Shown here: positions 59,942-64,000 of the stretch, in pieces
Layout of the letters: every line of letters begins with the position of its first letter
Position numbering within the stretch: position 1 is the first letter of the stretch
Assembly (NCBI GenBank): GCA_963830915.1
Contig: CAWHOE010000049.1
Coordinates: 23,334-87,333, forward strand
Origin: a candidate division FCPU426 bacterium
GTDB taxonomy: Bacteria > Oederibacteriota > Muellerivitia > Muellerivitales > Muellerivitaceae
Length of the DNA: 64,000 bases
Reading direction: 5' to 3'
Made by a program: the position numbers and the translations under genes
Notes under the pieces: generated by a model
Told to the model about the DNA's origin: nothing
Databases searched by the model: none
The model's input: only the letters and a program-made list of their open reading frames with translations

Positions 59942-61558
59942 TTAAATTTTAAAAGTGACCTTGGGCAGGGTCCCCTTCACCACTTCCCATCCGCTGCCCT
60001 GGCGGGCCAAGACCAGTTCCCGAAGCTTTTGATCGGTGGGTAGGGCCAAGAGTCCCTTCGATTCCGCGGCCTGGCCATAGACCTTCAATTCGATCTTCGA
60101 CCAATCCATGAACTTGGTCGATTGGGCCAAGGCCAGATGGGGTATGACCGAGCCTCCGCGGGCCAGGATCACACAGGGGATCTTCCCGGCCTTGATACGG
60201 TGCCATTGGGCTCCCTTATAGGAAGTCCCGGTCTGGTAATCCACCCAGGTGCCTGGTGGCAAATAGACGTCACGTTCCAAGACCTGTTCCATCAAGGGGG
60301 CCACCAGCAGGGCCGTCCCGAAGAGGTACTCGTCCTCGATGAGCCAGCTTGTCTTGTCCTCCGGGTACTCGAAGAAGAGGGCGCGGAGCATGGGGAAGCC
60401 CTTTTGGGAGCTGTCCAGGGCCTGGGCATAAACGTACGGCATGAGTTTGTATTTCATCTCCGCTGACAGGCGGAACTCATCCTCGAAATCCTTCCCGTAG
60501 ACCCAGGGCTCGCGGGGGAACATGCCGTGGCACCGGCTATGGGAGGTCAAAAGGCCGAAGGGCGTCCAACGACGGTAAAGTTCTTTCGAGGGACCCTTCA
60601 CGAATCCGCCGATATCGTGGCTCCAGAAGCTGAAGCCGCTCAATCCCAACGAAAGACCGCCCCTCAAGGAGCAAGCCATCCCGCCGAAACTGTCTTCCGC
60701 GTCGCCTCCCCAATGCAGGGGATAGCGCTGGCTTCCCGCCCAGGCGCTTCTGGCCCAAATGATGTTCTCTCCCGTTATCTTTCTCGAGATATCCGCCGCG
60801 GCTTTGTTGTACCGCAGGGGGTAGAGGTTGTGCTCGGCAAAGCCGGTCTTTCCCGAGTGGTAAACGCCGAAGAGAGGCGCGCCCTCGCCAAAATCCACCT
60901 TGATGGCGCCCACGCCCATTCTCAACAACCCGGCCAGGTTCTTCTGGTACCACTTCACGGTCTTGGGGTTGCTGAAATCCAGGGTGGCTTCCTCAGTGGG
61001 TAGGCCGCCCTTGCCGTCGGTCACCGCCAGACCCTGTTTCAGGATCTCCGGGGTAAGGCGGTTCTTGGGGTTGAAGTAGCTCAACTGCCAGAGGCTGATC
61101 TTGAAACCGTTCTTGGCCAGATCCTTGATCATCTTGAGCGGGTTCTTGAACCGGGTCTTGGAGAACTTGTAGTCACAGCGCCAGTCCTCCTCGAACCAGC
61201 CCGTATCCAGATGCACAACATCGGAGGGGATCTTGTGGTCGCGAAGCTTCTTCGCCACGTCCCTGGCTTCCTTCTCACTCTTGTAGGTGCATTTGCTCAT
61301 CCAAAGCCCGAAGCTCCAGAGGGGAGGCAGGGGGCTGCGGCCCGTCAGGTTGGTGTATTCGGACAGCACTTCCTTAGGGTTGCCCAGGAAGATGAAAAGG
61401 TCCAGATCCTCATCGCCGGTGAAGAGGGTGGTGCATTCGCCGTAGGCATGGCCAAAGTCGAATGTTGTGGGCGAGGTGGTATGCAGGAACATGCCATAGC
61501 CCCGGTTGCTCATAAAGAAGGGCACGGGCTTGTACATGCCGTCATGCTGGACCCCGTG
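59942..61558 (-). CDS. GH31 alpha-xylosidase (YicI-like), 5'-truncated at a junction
   Basis: YKPVPFFMSNRGYG, PP.WSFGLW.S, KVDFGE, HWGGD and WSHDIGGF motifs. The N-terminal domain is missing. Confidence 0.9.
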   Translation of the reverse strand, partial: HGVQHDGMYKPVPFFMSNRGYGMFLHTTSPTTFDFGHAYGECTTLFTGDEDLDLFIFLGNPKEVLSEYTNLTGRSPLPPLWSFGLWMSKCTYKSEKEARDVAKKLRDHKIPSDVVHLDTGWFEEDWRCDYKFSKTRFKNPLKMIKDLAKNGFKISLWQLSYFNPKNRLTPEILKQGLAVTDGKGGLPTEEATLDFSNPKTVKWYQKNLAGLLRMGVGAIKVDFGEGAPLFGVYHSGKTGFAEHNLYPLRYNKAAADISRKITGENIIWARSAWAGSQRYPLHWGGDAEDSFGGMACSLRGGLSLGLSGFSFWSHDIGGFVKGPSKELYRRWTPFGLLTSHSRCHGMFPREPWVYGKDFEDEFRLSAEMKYKLMPYVYAQALDSSQKGFPMLRALFFEYPEDKTSWLIEDEYLFGTALLVAPLMEQVLERDVYLPPGTWVDYQTGTSYKGAQWHRIKAGKIPCVILARGGSVIPHLALAQSTKFMDWSKIELKVYGQAAESKGLLALPTDQKLRELVLARQGSGWEVVKGTLPKVTFKI

Positions 61559-61723
61559 TCGAAGCTGTGGGAACTGCTCAAGCGGATGCGGGCCACGGTC
61601 GCCGCCGCCGAGGGCATGCGCGATTTCCAACTGCAGGCGCAGGTCAAAGCCTCGGCCGCGCTGGAGCCCAAGCTGCGCGCGCTGGGAGACAACCTGCGCG
61701 AAGCGCTGGTCGTCTCGGCGGTG
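61559..61723 (+). other. Foreign fragment resembling the isoleucyl-tRNA synthetase C-terminal region
   Basis: LWELLKRMRATV...LQAQV...LRALGDNLREALVVSAV; no start or stop of its own. Confidence 0.4.
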
Positions 61724-64000
61724 CCGCCGGCATCGGTGGCGATCACCGACGGCGTGGCCTTATTAACGGTCAGCGTGCCGTTGACGAACGTGAATTGTAG
61801 TTCTGTGCCGCAAGGGTTCCTAACGCCGCCGCGATCGTATAGCTGCCCACCGGGGTGGTGCCGGCCTGGTCCGTGCTAGTAGGCTCGGCGCGCCGCTGAC
61901 CCCGCTGTTGCCCAAGGTCTGCCCCAGCACGAATCCGCTATAGCTGGCCGTGAAGGCTGGATCGGCGGCCCCGTAAGTCCGGGTGGCGTTGGCGGCCGTC
62001 ACCGTCAACAGGTCGGGCGTGACGCTCAGGATGCCGGTCACAAAGCTGAACGTGTAATCCTCAGCCAACGTCCCCAAGGCCGCGGCGATCGTATAGCTGC
62101 CCACCGGGCTAATGCTGGTATCTGTGCTCGTGAGGCTTGGTGATGCCGCTGACTCCGCTGCTGCCTAGGGTCTCGCCGTTGACAAAGCCGCCGTAACTGG
62201 CCGTAAACGCCGGATCGGCAGCCCCATAGGACCGGCTGGCGTTGTTGGCCGTCACTGTCAACATGGCGGGAGCGATTGTGAAAACCACCGGGTGCTGCTG
62301 GCGGGGAGGTAGTCGGGACTCCCGGAAAAGGTGGCTTCCGCGGTGTAAGTGCCCGCAGTTTTTGGGGGCGCCTTCTAGAGCGGTGCGCGGCCGTGGCAAT
62401 CGCTGGGGCGGTGAGGCTTTCCGGCATAGTACGCGGTGCTTGTCCTTGACGGCCTTCCAAGCTGGACTGGCCGTTGACCAGCGCCGTGGCCGACGAACGG
62501 CTGGCCAGTATAGGTGCCGCTCGGATCGGTGAGCGTCACCGTGGGCGGTGGCTGCCCCGGAGTTGCTGATCGTGAAGATCGCGGGGTTGGTCGTGTGGCC
62601 GGTCGCGTAGTCAAGCACTCCCGGGAACGTGGCCTGCACGGTATAGCTGCCCGGCGCGTTGGGAGCGGCGGTGGAGCCGCTGCCGGTGGAATGGTGTTGC
62701 CGGTGGTAGTATATCGCTGTCGGGCTGACGCCTTCCAGGGTCGGAACGTCGGGGTATTGTCCACGCCGGCGACGACGCCGGTGAGCAGGGCGGTTGCCGG
62801 GAAGGGTTGGCCGGTGTAGATGCCGCCCGCGTCGGTCACGATAGCCGGCGTTGCCGGCGACACGGTGATGGAAGCCGGTGCGGACACCGCGATCTTGCGA
62901 ATGCGGTAGTTCCAAGTGTCCGTGATAAAGAGGTCTCCGGAGGCGTCCGACGCCATTCCGATCGGGGCGTCAAGCGACGCAGCCGAGGCCGGGCCGCCGT
63001 CGCCGCTGTACGTTGCCGTCCCTGTCCCAGAAAGGGTCGTGATCACACCCGTGGAGACATTGAGCTCGCGGACACGGTTGTTCAAATCGTCGGCGATAAA
63101 GAGATTTCCCGAGCTGTCGAGCACCACGGCGTCCGGCCAGTCGAGTGACGCAGCGGTGGCCGGGCCGCCATCGCCCCCGTAGCCCGCCATCCCGTTGCCT
63201 GCGATGGTGGTGATTACGCCAGTGGAAAGATTGATATCGCGGATCCGGTTGTTGGCGGAATCGCCGACAAACAGGTCCCCCTTGCCGTCCAGGGTGAGTC
63301 CGTACGGCTGGTCGAGCACGCGGCGGTGGCCGGGCCGCCGTCGCCGCCGAAACCCGCCGTACCCTTTCCGGCTAAGGTCGAAATCAGACCGCTGGAAAGA
63401 TTGACCTCGCGAATCACGTTGTTGCCCTGGTCGGCGATCAACAGGTCCCCGTTGCCGTTGAGGGCCACGTTTGCCGGGTCGTTGAGGTGCGCTGCGGTGG
63501 CGAAGCCGCCGTCGCCCGCGTAGCCTGCCGTCCCGCTGCCCGCAATCGTGGTGATCACGCCCGTGGACAGGTTCAGCTCGCGGATCCGGTTGTTGTTGGC
63601 GTCGGCGATAAATAGGTCTCCCCGGCCGTCCAACGCCATTCCCTTCGGGTAGTACAACGACGCGGCAGTGGCTTGGCCGCCGTCGCCGCCGTAGCTGGCC
63701 GTGCCCGTGCCGGCGATTGTGGCAATCACGCCCGTGGCGGCGCTCACCTCGCGGACGCGGTTGTTCCACGAGTCGGCAATGAAGAGATTTCCCGAAAGTG
63801 TTTATGGCAACGCCCAGGGGAACGTAAAGCGAGGCAGCCGTGGCCGGGCCGCCGTCGCCGCTGTAGCCCGCGGTTCCCTTGCCCGCGACCGTGGTGATGA
63901 TCGAGTTCGGGCCCACAAGCTCCGCGCTGTTCGATGCCGCGAAGTTGGCGCTGCCGAGGCAATCGGCTGCCACGGCATAGGTTCCTGACCGGCATCGGGC
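61721..64000 (-). pseudogene. Heavily frameshifted NHL-repeat/MBG-domain adhesin-like gene (probably error-rich foreign sequence)
   Basis: Repeated IAG.GTAGY.GDGG.ATAASL and LTVTA.NA.R.YGAADPAFTASY.GFV.G.T motifs spread over several frames. Confidence 0.7.

Overview
A bacterial chromosomal window, GC-rich in core genes and AT-rich in accessory genes and spacers. MlaEFD and an AlgI/AlgJ-type pair suggest a diderm. Thr/Pro-linker surface proteins with FlgD-like C-termini recall candidate phyla such as FCPU426 (inference only). Housekeeping blocks: fbaB, pfkB-family kinase, pfp; rpsF-ssb-rpsR-DUF2232-rplI; dnaB-alr; mlaEFD; radA; ispD-ispF-gltX-cysE-cysS-rlmB-tRNA-Thr. There is also a sugar cluster (GH29, XylF-like, GH31), two toxin-antitoxin pairs and an AT-rich ORFan island (about 25.8-35.7 kb). 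The most striking signal is non-coding. Many operonic spacers hold inverted-repeat elements built from 10-, 9- or 7-bp units. One copy brackets a GxxExxY nuclease-fold gene exactly, and a different palindromic inverted repeat brackets a DUF559 gene. A second element, a 75-80 bp double hairpin (TGCCGA...AATCGGTAC(T/G)ATACCGACC...GGTCGGCA), occurs 6 times. It is always flanked by a duplicated TG/CA, and in 5 of 6 cases it sits inside those repeats. Also seen: three alternative 3' ends of a cupin gene, each followed by different cargo; helically phased palindromic arrays at 24.4-25.8 kb; and DnaA-box-like sites upstream of dnaB. Three single-base frameshifts in core genes and an apparently chimeric last 2.4 kb point to long-read assembly errors.
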